A DNA stretch of 64,000 nt from Minutocellus sp. GHC0000111. Lineage: Eukaryota. Position 1 is the first letter of the stretch, and each line of letters begins with the position of its first letter. Location of the stretch: contig OZ361256.1 of the NCBI GenBank assembly GCA_977018835.1, positions 1,364,001 through 1,428,000 on the forward strand, given 5' to 3'. The notes beneath the pieces are model-generated. The model was not told the origin of the DNA. It did not search any database and worked only from the letters and a program-made list of their open reading frames with translations. Position numbers and translations under genes: made by a program. Below, in pieces: positions 50,453 through 63,389 of this stretch.

Positions 50453-51069
50453 GTGTCCGCATCGGCCCCCCTCCTGATCTCCCTTCCCTCCTGCTGCACA
50501 ATCGCATCGTTTACATTGGCATGCCTCTTGTTCCTGCCGTTACCGAGCTTGTGATTGCTGAGCTTCTCTGTCTGAACTGTGAGTCGACATCTGACCCCAT
50601 CACCATGTACATCAACTCGTCGGGAACCACGACGGCCACTGGTCAATCCGTTGGCTTCGAGACCGAGGCCTTTGCTATTGCCGATGTTATGAAATACGTC
50701 AGACCTCCCGTCCACACTGTCGCCCTTGGCCAGGCGTTCGGGGCCGCAGCCATGCTTCTCGCACAGGGTAAGAGAGGTCGTAGATCGGCTCTTCCCAATG
50801 CTACGATCCTCCTCAACCAGCCCATGTCGATGGCCCGGGGACAGGCCTCCGATATTGCCATCAAGGCCAGGGAGGTCCAGGCGAACCGTCGGACCATGTG
50901 CGAGCTCCTTGCCAGTGCTAAGCCCGTCAATGTTGTGGAGAAGGATTGCCAACGAGTCAAGTACCTGCAGCCTCATGAGGCCGTGGAGTATGGCCTCATC
51001 GACCGAGTATTGGAGAACGAGAAGAGCCTTCCCGTGAAGCCATCCTTCATCTCCCAGCTGAACCAGTAG
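50453..51069 (+). pseudogene. clpR: Non-catalytic Clp protease subunit (ClpR-type), last exon; 5' exon(s) not found
   Basis: PPPDLPSLLLHNRIVYIGMPL, MYINSSGT, ETEAFAIAD, GQAFG in place of the catalytic Ser motif, RGQASDI, EAVEYGLIDRVL; acceptor ttttcctttag at 50452. Confidence 0.75.
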
Positions 51070-51979
51070 GTCTAGATTTTTCAAAAGTATATAACTAATG
51101 CATTCAATGTAAATACGGACAAGAAGTATCTTTGTCTGGCTAGCTAGAGTTATGTTTGATAATTTTTCGTTATGATGGCTGGATACTTGTAAGCGACACA
51201 ACCCAACATCGTCAATACTTCATCCAATCTATCATATTTCTATATTCTTTGTTTGGTTCTTCTTCTTTGGCCTCGAAATAGATGCTCCGGCTTCTGTTCG
51301 CTTCTTCGGCGGCGTTGCAATGCTGCCGATGGTGGTATGGTCCTGCCATGCCTTCGAAAGTTGGAAACGTGGACATGCCTCTCAGCCACATCCAGCAATA
51401 TTGCCAAAGCAAGCATAAGTGCAAGGACGATTCCGACCACCAAACGAGTTGAAGTCCGTCGATTAGATACGTCTATTCGCCTATTACCGACGAATGACAA
51501 TGCACCTTCATCATTGGATGTGTTGCCGATGTGGCTGTCAAGAGCAGCACTCGAAGTAGAAAGAAGACTGACTTCGTCTTCGACATGGCGACTCTTGTGC
51601 ACATTTTGGGCGTGATCACCATACAGACCGGATTCATACAGATGCTGCACCAACATTTTACGTCGTGCACGTGCTGATTGTTCTGCTGCTCTACTGTATC
51701 AATCGCGTCTTTGGCGGTGGTTCTTGAAAAGTGCAAAGTTGGAAATTGGGTGTTGGATGGAGTGCTGCAGTGCTTCGCATCTCCTTCTTGCTTCTCGCTT
51801 TTTGGGCTGGTTGCAGTTTTTCACCAAAAATAGTCGATGGCGTGGCGGGCGCATCTGTGGCGGGCGCGGCGCGCAATTTTTGGTGATGATTCAAACCAAA
51901 CGCAGTGGAGAGCTCATTCTCCCGCCTTTTTGATAGCTTGATATTACTTCTACCAACCCCCCACCTCTCTTTTCCAACC

Positions 51980-53368
<1,389 letters not shown>

Positions 53369-54074
53369 GCGCGTTTTGCTGTTGTAGTGGTGAATAAATT
53401 ATGGAGGCCAACCGGACACTGGACGAGTTGGAGCTGGTCGGAGTCAGTATTCTGCAGTTGCTTCGTTTGAAACGCAATTGCTCTGGCCAACAACTCCTTA
53501 GTGCCAAACAAAAACTATACATACATCAAAACATGAAAAACATTTCATCATTATTATTTGGGGACCTTGACGATTACGCTGGAGTTGGCGGATCTGAAAG
53601 GACAACGATTGTAGCAATTAAGATTTTTCTAGAAGAATAGCAACAAATTGTAACACACAATATTTTTTACCATACTAGACCTACGCTGGAGCTTCTACAG
53701 TATGCTGTTGGCGGCGAGGAGCGAGAGTAACTCGCCAGCGCAGCGCGTTCGCTTCAGAAACACGTGTGCAGTACCAAGTGGTAGTACCGGTATATCTACT
53801 ACGTAGTAGCGAGAGAGCCTCACGAGAGAGTATCATATTGATTCCTAACAAAAAAATTCTTGGAAGTGGACCTAGTAGCTAGGTACCTCTCTGATATCGT
53901 TTGGGTCCCTTTCGCCTCGAAATTGTTATTTGTGACCGGCTGGGAGATCACCATTCACGTGGGCCAAAATATTGTAGTCAACAAGCGACCCATGAACCAT
54001 GTCTTCCAATGGCAATGGTTGGGCTTGAACTACTCCGCGCATGAGTGAAGTTAATTGTAAGGCTAAATGAAGGC

Positions 54075-55427
54075 CTAAGGAGACATGGAGCCCGGGGGCT
54101 GAAGATCAACGTCGTCCTCGTCCTCATAGAAATAGTCCTGGGGGAGAGGAATGACGTAGCGGCTGGGCACACGACGGTGGGGAGTGCGGCCGTGCTCGTC
54201 CTCATCGTCCTCGAATTTGAGGATGAGCTCCTTGATCATCGGGGTGTTGGTGCCCGACTGGATCTTCCACACGGGGGTCTTGCTCACGACGGCGCGGTAG
54301 AGGGACGTGGTCTCGGGGAAGATGGCCATGACACGAGCACCGCGGTCGAAGCATCCCTCGTTGCCCATGGAGAGGCGCATGACATGATTCCAGGGAAGGC
54401 GGATGAGCTTGGAGGTGTCGTCCTCGTCCTGAACGTCGTAGGTTTCGGTGTCGGTGTAGAAACGCTGGACGTTGGCAAGGATCCAGGAACCATTCTCGTC
54501 GGTTCGGGTGACCTTGGCGGCGACCTGCTCGTTGGGACGGGCGGCAATCTTGGACCTGCGGCGCTTGCGCATGAGGTGGGTCGGGGCCATGCCGTCGAAG
54601 TGGGCCGTATTGCGGGCGTAGTCGGCCGCGGTGGAGCGGGCACAGCCCTTCGGGGCCGGGGGAGCGGGGGTGACGGTACTCGCGATGCCGCCAGCAGCGG
54701 GGGCTCCGGGCGCACCGGGGGGGACAGATCCAGCCGCGCGAGCCGCCGCCGCAACACGGGCCTCACCAAGATCCTGACCGGCCGAAAGACGGGAGAGGAA
54801 GCCGCCGATGACCTGTTCCTCATCGACCTCCATGGACTCAAAATGCCGGGCAACAGCGACGGCCAGTTCGGAGGGTGGGGCCTCGTTGCGGGTAGGAACA
54901 CCTGGTTGATTAGGATACGAAAAGAGGTAGAATAAATGAGGATTTGGGTTCGGAGAGATTTTGGGAGAAATAATATCATATATGCGTGAGGCGAGGATAT
55001 CGGTCAATGCTCACAAAGGAAGCAAGGGGCGGGAAGTTGAAGTGGCCAGCGGAAACCAGCCGAACATTAGATGTGCTGGTTTCAAGGATGAACAAAGTCC
55101 ACCAAATGCAACCACCGTCGCATACACTCGAAAGCTAAAATTAAAAACCACATCTTCAGTATCAGCAATCTTTTGGTGGATTACACAATGAACGCACCGT
55201 GATGGTCGATGTAGGACATGAGGGTGAGGCCAGCCAATTTGCGGAAGTCGATGCCGACGCCTCGGGGATACGAGCGGGAGTGCGTCGACTTGGCCTGGTG
55301 ATGGCGGACTGCATGCTCATGGCTGTTGACTAGATCTATTTCTTGTGGTGGTGACGTAGTAGCAGTTCAGCCGATACAGCGGGACGGGATGTGCTCCGCC
55401 GTGCTTGCGTTGCTTGGGACCGCTCAT
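54075..55427 (-). CDS. SGF29: SGF29-like tandem Tudor protein with N-terminal SAP30 Sin3-binding-like domain; exons 55427-55378 (tentative), 55322-55198, 54901-54075
   Basis: QVAAKV..WILANV..YDVQDEDD, RVMAIFPETTSLYRAVV, LKFEDDED..RRVPSRYVI (SGF29). IDFRKL..TLMSYIDHH..ELAVAVARHFESMEVDEEQVIGGF (SAP30-like). All splice phases consistent. Confidence 0.8.
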
Positions 55428-56400
55428 CAGAGGGATTTCAAAAGAGGGGATTCCCTACTACGTAGCTAGCTACGTACGTACCGGCCGGTTGGGGCAAAGC
55501 ACAGAACAGTTGCCACCAGCAAGGATCCGATAGAGTGTTGACCTGTTGGCCTTGCTTTCGCCGGGGCCGGATTGCCCCACACCTACCGGTAGAGAGCGAG
55601 GAGATAGGTGACATGGATCGGCGAGGCGAAAATGTATGGTTCCAGACATTATCGTCTACAACTACATCAGTTCTGACAAGCCTCTTCGAGCAGGTCGAAA
55701 TTGTAGCAACGCTCCAGCCATCTTCGAGACGAAGACGACATCAGCTTGCCCAACCCGATACAACCTTCGTCATCAGAAGGCGATGGAATCTCGCTCTATT
55801 GGTATCAAATCTGAGTATGTCCGGAAGGTGGAGGAAATCGATGTAATATGTGCCGGTAATGCGGTGTAATGAAACATAATTCGTAACCTCTAACTGTTAC
55901 GCTAGATCTAGCCTCGTCTATACATACCGGAATATATATGTACAAATTATATTCATTGATCTCAATTTCCATCCCTTGGCGCAGTGAGGTGTGAAAGGTG
56001 CAGATGGATGATCAAATGAGAGGGTGACGATTGTGTTGTTCTTGTGGTTGATTGACTTCATTGATGACGACAAGCAAACATCATCTGGTGACAATGATAT
56101 CTACGAGCTGTTGTGAAGGGCCTGAACGGCGGCGTTGAAAATCCCTCGCTCTGATTCTGGCCGGCCAGGAAGAGAAGGTGCGGGGAGATGACCTCCCGCC
56201 ACCATGGCCGCCGTGGCCGTCTGTGGCCTTGGCATTGCGGTGGCAGCGGCGCGTGCGGCGATGGCTGCCCTCACCGCTTGGGGGGTGAAGAAGGACTGTC
56301 CAGGAAGCGCTTGGGGCATTGTAGCAGTAGAGGCAGCAGGAGCTGAAGCGGGTTCCAACGATACGCGACGGAAGGTGCCGTTGGTATCGTTGAGGGCCAT

Positions 56401-57684
56401 TTAGCATGCTTGCTCCAAAGAGGGCTGCATGGACGAGGAGGCCAACATGGTACCACCGACCCCGAGGGTGTTGGCACGGTAAAAGTTGGTGTTGGTACAT
56501 GTAACGGCAGAGGGTAGGAAGGATGTTCCCATCGGAGCAGCAGAGGGGAGCGGCTGATGAGCACTTCCAACGACAACTCCCTTGAGCTTGGCCTCCTCTT
56601 GGAGGATTTCCCACTCCACCTCGAGCTGCTGCCTTCGGGCAAGAAGCTTGGCGACCACCTCTTCCTGGGGGTTGGTTGCTTGGATGCTAACATTCGACGA
56701 TAGCGGCATTGCGACCGATGGAACCTGAGAGGCATCGGAAGCCGGCGGGGTCATTCTTGGCGACACCGCATTGACTTGAAGAGGAGAGACACTGGTCCGG
56801 ACGACAGCTCTGGCCTGCGCTTGGATGAAGGCGTTGGGCATTGTCATGGCTCCTCCGGCAGCAGCAGTGGTGGAGGGGATGCCGGTAGAAGTGGCGCTGC
56901 TTACGTTGCTGTTGCTGGGCACCAACCGAACGAACTTGGGGTGGGCGAAGATCTGCTGCTTGGAGCGGCGGATGGCCTTGGAGGTGACACGGGAGAATCC
57001 CCATCGGAACAACTTCCGCACGAAGGACGGGAATTTTGTCCTTTTGAAGAAGAGGGGGAGGATCTGCTCGCAGAAGAGCGTCTTGTCGAGAATGACAATG
57101 GACTTGCCATCGGCGCTCCACGAGGCGGCGCGCTGGTATGTGGGCTTCTTGCAGCCCTCGGCGGTGGCGTAGTCCATCATCAGGCGGAGAATGTCAGGGA
57201 AGCGTCCATAGGCCTGATCGTCGGTAGGGTCATTTTCAGATAGATTTGGACCCTCGGCGAGATCGGACTGTTGTTGAGCGGGCATGACTGAAAATGAAGA
57301 TGAAGAGGACATGCCAGAACTTGTCGTTGCGGTATTGATCGGATCAATCTCGGAGGTTGTGGAAGAGGAAGAGGAGGGCACGACGAAATTTGAGGCCGGT
57401 GCCGACAAGGCCTGTTCTTGTGTGGCGTGCGCAGTTTTGTGCGACGTCGGTTTGCTGGCACTACTAGAAGTTGCACTGGCATCGGTACCGGAAACCTTCC
57501 GGCTCAACGAAGTCAGGGCCTGGGCAATGCCGAACAAGTCTTCGCCTTGGAAATTTGCCTTTGTGGTGGAAGCGTCCGAATGGACGGTACCGTCACCGGA
57601 GTTGATGATAGTGGCCGTTGCTTTCCCGCAGGCCGAGTCTACGGGACAGTTGGACGTGGAGTTTTGTGCTGAGGCGGCATTCAT
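56401..57684 (-). CDS. Heat-shock-factor (HSF) DNA-binding-domain transcription factor; frame stays open a further 99 codons to 56101
   Basis: RFPDIL, SWSADGKSIVI, F..ILPLFFKRTKFPSFVRKLFRWGF, FAHPKFVR. Confidence 0.9.
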   Translation of the reverse strand: MNAASAQNSTSNCPVDSACGKATATIINSGDGTVHSDASTTKANFQGEDLFGIAQALTSLSRKVSGTDASATSSSASKPTSHKTAHATQEQALSAPASNFVVPSSSSSTTSEIDPINTATTSSGMSSSSSFSVMPAQQQSDLAEGPNLSENDPTDDQAYGRFPDILRLMMDYATAEGCKKPTYQRAASWSADGKSIVILDKTLFCEQILPLFFKRTKFPSFVRKLFRWGFSRVTSKAIRRSKQQIFAHPKFVRLVPSNSNVSSATSTGIPSTTAAAGGAMTMPNAFIQAQARAVVRTSVSPLQVNAVSPRMTPPASDASQVPSVAMPLSSNVSIQATNPQEEVVAKLLARRQQLEVEWEILQEEAKLKGVVVGSAHQPLPSAAPMGTSFLPSAVTCTNTNFYRANTLGVGGTMLASSSMQPSLEQAC

Positions 57685-58255
57685 GATGAAGTCAATTTTG
57701 ATGCCAGAGCGGAGTGCGTGGTGAAATAATTTGCGAGCGGAGGGGAAGATGCGATGCTAATACCAAGCGAGAGTAATTGCTGAGGAGATTATGCGTGCAA
57801 CGCACGTTATGGAACTTGGCCTTTTATCCACCGCTTGCTTGTGTGTTTGCGAAATGTGCAGTCAATCGCCTGCCAGGTCAGCGGAAAGCGCAGCGCAGGT
57901 CATTTATGAGAGAACTGGCCGCACAAGAGGGCAGAAGTCAGAAACCAGACGACGTCGATTTTTCATGGTTTGTCGATGTCACACAGACATGCTTTGTCCT
58001 ATTTCTGAGGCCTTTTTCTGCCGAAGATTCTCCGACGACGCGCAAAAAACGAAAAGGAGGAAGATCTGTTGTACATGAAATCGCGTTTGCCAGTCCCAGT
58101 TTCGTTATTGCACCCAGTAGATCTACATATATGCAAGAACATCCTACATGGTGGTGGTGGTGGTGGTGTCGTCCCGCTAGATCTAAAATACATACATGTA
58201 GCTTAAATCTATCTATCATACCGGTAATGGAAAAGTTAGAACCAAATCCATTTGG

Positions 58256-58454
58256 ATAGGTAGCCGCATTTGCATCAGTAAGAACGAATATCAATAACAT
58301 CAACAAAATCACAATTGTAAACATTGTAGGATAAGATTGAGTGGGGGTGAGGTGAGGGTCAGTACGTGTAGATCTTCTCGAGGTCACGGTCTCTCCAAGC
58401 GTTGGGATTATTGGCCGGTGCAAAGCCTTCGAAGGTAGCTGCCAGATTAAGTCT
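58256..58454 (-). repeat. Diverged dispersed repeat related to 15043-15300
   Basis: Shared agacttaatctggcagct, and cttactgatgcaaatgcggctacctat versus cttgctaatgcaaatgcagctacctat. Confidence 0.65.
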
Positions 58455-59357
58455 TGCGATTGATTTGTTGGCCGGTCGATTCCATGTAGACCGATCGGGC
58501 TCAGTGTCATGTATTCGGTGTATCTTATTTTGGGAATGGATGCAGGAATTCAAGTCATGCCGCCGTTTGTCAGATCCGAAGAGTTGCTTCGGCTTTTGAA
58601 ACTCGCCAGTCAGCTACCACATGTTATTTTACCGGTAAAGTAAAGTCTACGTGACTAAACGTTCATCAAAATGTCATCTTGAGAGCAAGATCAATAGAGT
58701 CAAGGCAATTCACCGTACAAATTTCGTCTTTCTTATTCGTAGTGATATTCAGGGCCGCTCCTGTGACCTCGGAATTGCTCGTACATGTAGTACCGGTACC
58801 CGTGTTCCCTACATGTACTCGAATGACTGTAGAGCTCTGTACCGGTAGGAATTCCTTGGAAAGGGCTGTATCGACGGCACCTACGTACAACGTCAAGCAA
58901 GGTCATGGAGGGATCCCTAGCAAATTGCCATGCATGTAAACGTGCATCTTGCAATCTATGTCCCAACGGAATTTTGCTGGCCAAGATCGCACATTTTTTG
59001 GATTGCCACGCAGCTGTGATATCAAAAATATGCGTTGGAGGATATAGATCTACTCTAGACAAGTTGGCTAGTTAGTACGTAAGAACTGACTCAATACTTT
59101 TTAATAAACCCTTCAACACATACGTTTATTCATCCTTATGGTGCATTGAACACCTTCCAACTTTCATTCGTTCTTCTTCAATTTGTTGTGTACATGGGTG
59201 ATGTTGCGAATATGTAAATCAAATATTATATCAAAATAAAACACAGTTTGTTGTTGGACTTCCGGCCCCGCCGCATCTTTTACATGGATTTCATTCTTCT
59301 CTTGGGCCACCAAAATCAAGTCCCTGGCTAAATTACAGACAGTTTCGATAATGTAAG

Positions 59358-60629
59358 TTACTGGACATTACCAAAGCCGCCAGCCTGCTGCTGCTGCTGC
59401 TGCAGATCCGTAGCAGGCATCATGCCGGTATGAGGGGCAATCGTGCTATTCAGGCCAGTATTTTGGAGAGATCCCATCATGGTCGTCTTCGTGGCATCCG
59501 TGCTGGGCAGGCTAACTAGACCTTGGTAGGTATCAGCAACGTTGACTTCACTGGAGGCAACTTGCTGCTGAGAGGTAATATCTTGAGGAAGAAGCATCGC
59601 ATACTTCTGATGTGCCGTACGGAGACGTTCCGCAAGTGTAGTGCGCGAAAAGCTCTGCTGCTGCTGCTGCTGCTGCAATGAAGATTGGGCTACGGCCTGC
59701 TGGCCCTGATTAAACATCAATTCCTGCTGAAAGTTCTGCAACTGATCCAGATGAGGGAGGGAAGATCCAGGAGCTGTAGGGGGTGTGGTGGAAGGCATGG
59801 AGGCTGAGGACGCTGCAGCACTACCAAAGGAATCCTCGCGCTGCTGCTCGGCGTTGGCTGCCGCAAAGCGGCTTGCCGTGGTATCGAGTGCCTGCTGCAG
59901 AATTCGAATCCTCTCCTCGGAGGGGAGCTGATTCCATCCCGGAGCCTTGGTGGGGTCGAGGCTGTCGAGGATATCCTCTTGGGCCTTGCGCTTCATACCA
60001 GCGCTGACGGCGGCGACGCCACTATTGGGACTGATCGTTCCGCTGCCAGCGGCCATGCCGGCGCCACCATCGGGGGTATTCGTTCCAGCAGTGACGGTAG
60101 CCGGCATCATCATAGCGGCATTGTTGTGCATCATACTCATAGCCATGCCAGGCGGAAATGCCATTCCCATACCAGCCATTGCCGCCATGCCCGGCATATT
60201 CACCATACCCGATCCGTCCATCGGTGGAAGAGCAGAAAAATTGTTGAAACCACCCATTCCAAGTCCATGGGGGAAAGCCATGGTAGGGTTGGCATTATTG
60301 GCAGTGGCGTTGTTCAACTTCTGCTTCTTGTTGGTGGTGCTCCTCATGTTGGCCATCAGGTACTTGTGATCGCGGTGGAAGTTGTCGTTCGAGAATATCA
60401 TGGGATCGGTCGGGCTCGTCGAGCCGCGGTTGATCTGGCGGAACCCCCAGCGGTAGAGCTTGCGGGTGAACGATGCAAACTTGGTAGCCTTGAAGAAGCG
60501 GGGCACGACGTCCTTGGTGAAGGCATCGGGATCCTGCACGACAAAGGCCGATCCGCCGTGCGTCCATGCGACGCAGAAATTGGGATCCGTGGCGCACTGG
60601 GCCTCGGCATAGGTCATCATGTGCATGAG
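59358..60629 (-). CDS. Second HSF-domain transcription factor, last exon (Met/Gln-rich tail); first exon not found
   Basis: VAWTHGGSAFVV, VVPRFFKATKFASFTRKLYRWGFRQ, FSNDNFHRDH..ANM; pyrimidine tract plus CAG acceptor ending at 60630. Confidence 0.85.
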   Translation of the reverse strand, partial: LMHMMTYAEAQCATDPNFCVAWTHGGSAFVVQDPDAFTKDVVPRFFKATKFASFTRKLYRWGFRQINRGSTSPTDPMIFSNDNFHRDHKYLMANMRSTTNKKQKLNNATANNANPTMAFPHGLGMGGFNNFSALPPMDGSGMVNMPGMAAMAGMGMAFPPGMAMSMMHNNAAMMMPATVTAGTNTPDGGAGMAAGSGTISPNSGVAAVSAGMKRKAQEDILDSLDPTKAPGWNQLPSEERIRILQQALDTTASRFAAANAEQQREDSFGSAAASSASMPSTTPPTAPGSSLPHLDQLQNFQQELMFNQGQQAVAQSSLQQQQQQQSFSRTTLAERLRTAHQKYAMLLPQDITSQQQVASSEVNVADTYQGLVSLPSTDATKTTMMGSLQNTGLNSTIAPHTGMMPATDLQQQQQQAGGFGNVQ

Positions 60630-60935
60630 CTGCGCGGGGGAGAGTTGGAGAAGTGGTTGAGGACAAGCAGGTAGGTGGACAAAGGTGAGAAAATTGAAAA
60701 CTGACACTAGAGAGTGCCTACCTAATCACATTGACTAGTTGATTTTTTTAGTTTCTTTAGACAATTTGAATTCTTAATTACGTCACAGAGAAATAAAAGA
60801 GAAAGACAGAGACGCTGTCAGAAAGTGACACAAGAGACACATGCCCCGCCTGAAAGACATCCTGCAGCAGGCCTCATCCGCCATTAATCTTCATGCAATT
60901 GCACCACTCGTTTCTTCTTGGCGGGTGGCTCGTCC

Positions 60936-62460
60936 TTATCGTCGTCGGAAGAGGACGACTCGTCCGAGGATGACTCGTCGAAAAGCACCACGGCATGCGC
61001 TCTCAGCGTCGGCCAGGGCCTCGTCTTCAGTCAGACCACTTGATGCCCTTGGATCGTCGAGCCTTGAGGCGCGCTCGATGATGTTGGAAGCAAATGGCTT
61101 GATCGGTTCGCCATGGTTGATTGCTTCCGCAATTTGAATTTTGCATGTGTCCGCTCCATGGTCTTCCAGTTTTCCAGCCCCATCCAAACTTCCTCCGCTG
61201 CATCCCAAGCAAGTAAGTCTGATCCTCTGTCAAAACCTTCAGCCCCTCCCGATCGCGGCACAACATTGCATGCTGCTTTGACACATGCAAGGGAAAACAG
61301 ACAGATCAAGAACATTCACATGGGGCATTTGCGGGGCGCCTGAGAGGTTCCCAACGCCATCCCTTGTCCCGACAGTGTCCTTCCACATGTTCCACAAATT
61401 CAGTCTCGGCATGGGGCCCAGCATTGTCGCCCTGGAAAACAGGGACACAGCCTTCAAACTTTCCGCCAGGTCCGACCAAAGCCTCAACATCCGGAAATAT
61501 CTTGTTCTCAAACAAAGCTTTCAGTGGGAACTTGGGATTATCAAGGGTGCCATGGCTGCATCCAGTCACCGCGCAATCCACAAGGTGCAGATCGTCTTTC
61601 TTCCGAACCACCGGGCCGCAACATTTGATTCTACCATCTGCCTGCCGCACCGCCTCCCTTGCCATCTGCCTCGCAATTTTATGCGCCTGAGCCCGAAAAA
61701 GTCCAAAAGAGCTTGAACTGCAATGCCGCCATTCTCAATGCTGTCAACAAAAGCCAAGGCAGTGACAGCCACCACCATGCACTTGTTGATGTGATTTCGG
61801 TGACATGCCGAGAAGGACCGAGGATCAATGCCCAATTCTGCAACTTGCTTGGCATGCGATCGAAGAACCAAGCCCCAAAACCACTTCTCATCGAACATAA
61901 CAAGGAGAAACTTGCCACCGCCGAGCCCCCAATTGTTTCGGAATTTCCGCGCAAATGCCACATGTTTCTCCATCTGATGTGTAGTAAGGAGAGGGATGAT
62001 CCTTTCGGCGTAGCACCGGAACCCTTCCCGCGACTTTGTCCACCGCCGTGTTGCCGAGCAGGAACACCAAAAGTTGACATCCACCTCCAGCTCCCGCCAA
62101 GATTCCCGAGGATTTCGCATCAGAGCATCAACAACAACATCTCGAATGTATGGCTGCATAGCCAGATGAGATCTCCTCTTCATCTCCCACATCGCCTTCT
62201 CAGATGCAGGTAGAGCACCACACGCCTTCATCCACATCCCGAAAATCGTGTGCACCATGCTCTGCGCTGCTGGACAGCACCGAACACTCCACCTTTGCCT
62301 GCTCCCTGCACTTGGCAATTGCAAAGAGACATGGTGCAGCACACCGCCGGGTCGCCGTTGCAAGATCGTCGATGACAGAACGGAAGGCGGCCGAATCAGA
62401 TGAATCATCGGCACTCGTTGGGAAGCAGCATGCCGGTCCAAGTGCGACGAACGCGTCCAT
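60936..62460 (-). mobile_element. Degenerate IS630-Tc1-mariner DDD transposase, multiply frameshifted and TA-depleted
   Basis: VMFDEKWFW (ORF 61566-62441), VFQGDNAGPH (61306-61665), PQMPHVNVLDLSVFP (61239-61511). Confidence 0.85.
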
Positions 62461-62896
62461 TTGATTAGAGCGGCTGAAATCTAAAGTCTTATCCGAATTA
62501 TTGTTTCACATGAAGATAAATCAAAATTAGAGTAAAAATAGCCATTGACTATTCTTCGAGGCGCTTTTCAATCCCCTCGAAAGCAGTCAAAAACCGGGCG
62601 CTCGATTTCTCGCGAATCTGACCTCGTAGTTTTGGCTCTCGCTGCACATGTGGCTGGGTTCGCTCGAGCGATGCGAACCTTTTTATTTTGCCATCCCTGG
62701 AAATTTGCCATTTCAGATGCAATTTCAGCCCACCGGGACCTCAGTGAGCAGTACTACTACTCCAACTCCGACCGACGACGAATACGATTCTCGTCTGTAT
62801 TACCAATTGGTAGCTTGCCTACTAGCTAGACTCTAGTAGAGCTAGCAGTAGTAGTCATTCGCCAGCGAAATCAAAACCATCACTACACGCCGCAAC

Positions 62897-63265
62897 ATGC
62901 CGCTTGCAACCATCGAAGAGCGGCTGCCGCATGCAGGTGCATTCGCCTACGGAAGCATCGACGAGCCATTTTCGGAACGAAGATATCATTCCTACCACGT
63001 CGCTCCGTCGAGCTTCCTAACCGAGGACAGTATCGATGAGTATAATGCAAACGCAAATCGTCGGTGCGGCCCAGTAGGAAAATCTGTGGGGCTGGTGCTA
63101 GCTATGGCCCTGACACTTTTCGCACTTTGGGGTCGCGAGCATACCACTAGATCACCATTCAATGGAAATGAAAGTAGAGAGCTCATTATAACACGGCACG
63201 CCACAAAATTTCAACTCCATAAAAATACTATTGTCCATTTGCGACGTAGATATCGGCAAAAATAG
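62897..63265 (+). CDS. Hypothetical small single-pass membrane protein
   Basis: ATG in gcaacATG context and one hydrophobic segment VGLVLAMALTLFALW; no known domain recognised. Confidence 0.35.
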   Translation: MPLATIEERLPHAGAFAYGSIDEPFSERRYHSYHVAPSSFLTEDSIDEYNANANRRCGPVGKSVGLVLAMALTLFALWGREHTTRSPFNGNESRELIITRHATKFQLHKNTIVHLRRRYRQK

Positions 63266-63389
63266 GCAACGCGAGTACAAGAATGACTGTATCATAGTAC
63301 ACAAACATTTCCATTGTTGTAAGTGATGGAGAAAGATGTAGAACTCTCATTCATGGCACATGCATGCATATCACGATATTTAGCTTATA

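Noticed and set aside
51212..51736. Possible small membrane-protein gene on the minus strand resembling 62897-63265
   Set aside because: Split over several frames with only one weakly similar hydrophobic segment; a gene model cannot be supported
54045..54935. 296-aa plus-strand ORF (also 51950-52561 minus and 59979-60674 plus)
   Set aside because: Antisense shadows of codon-biased genes (SGF29, PCNA, HSF)
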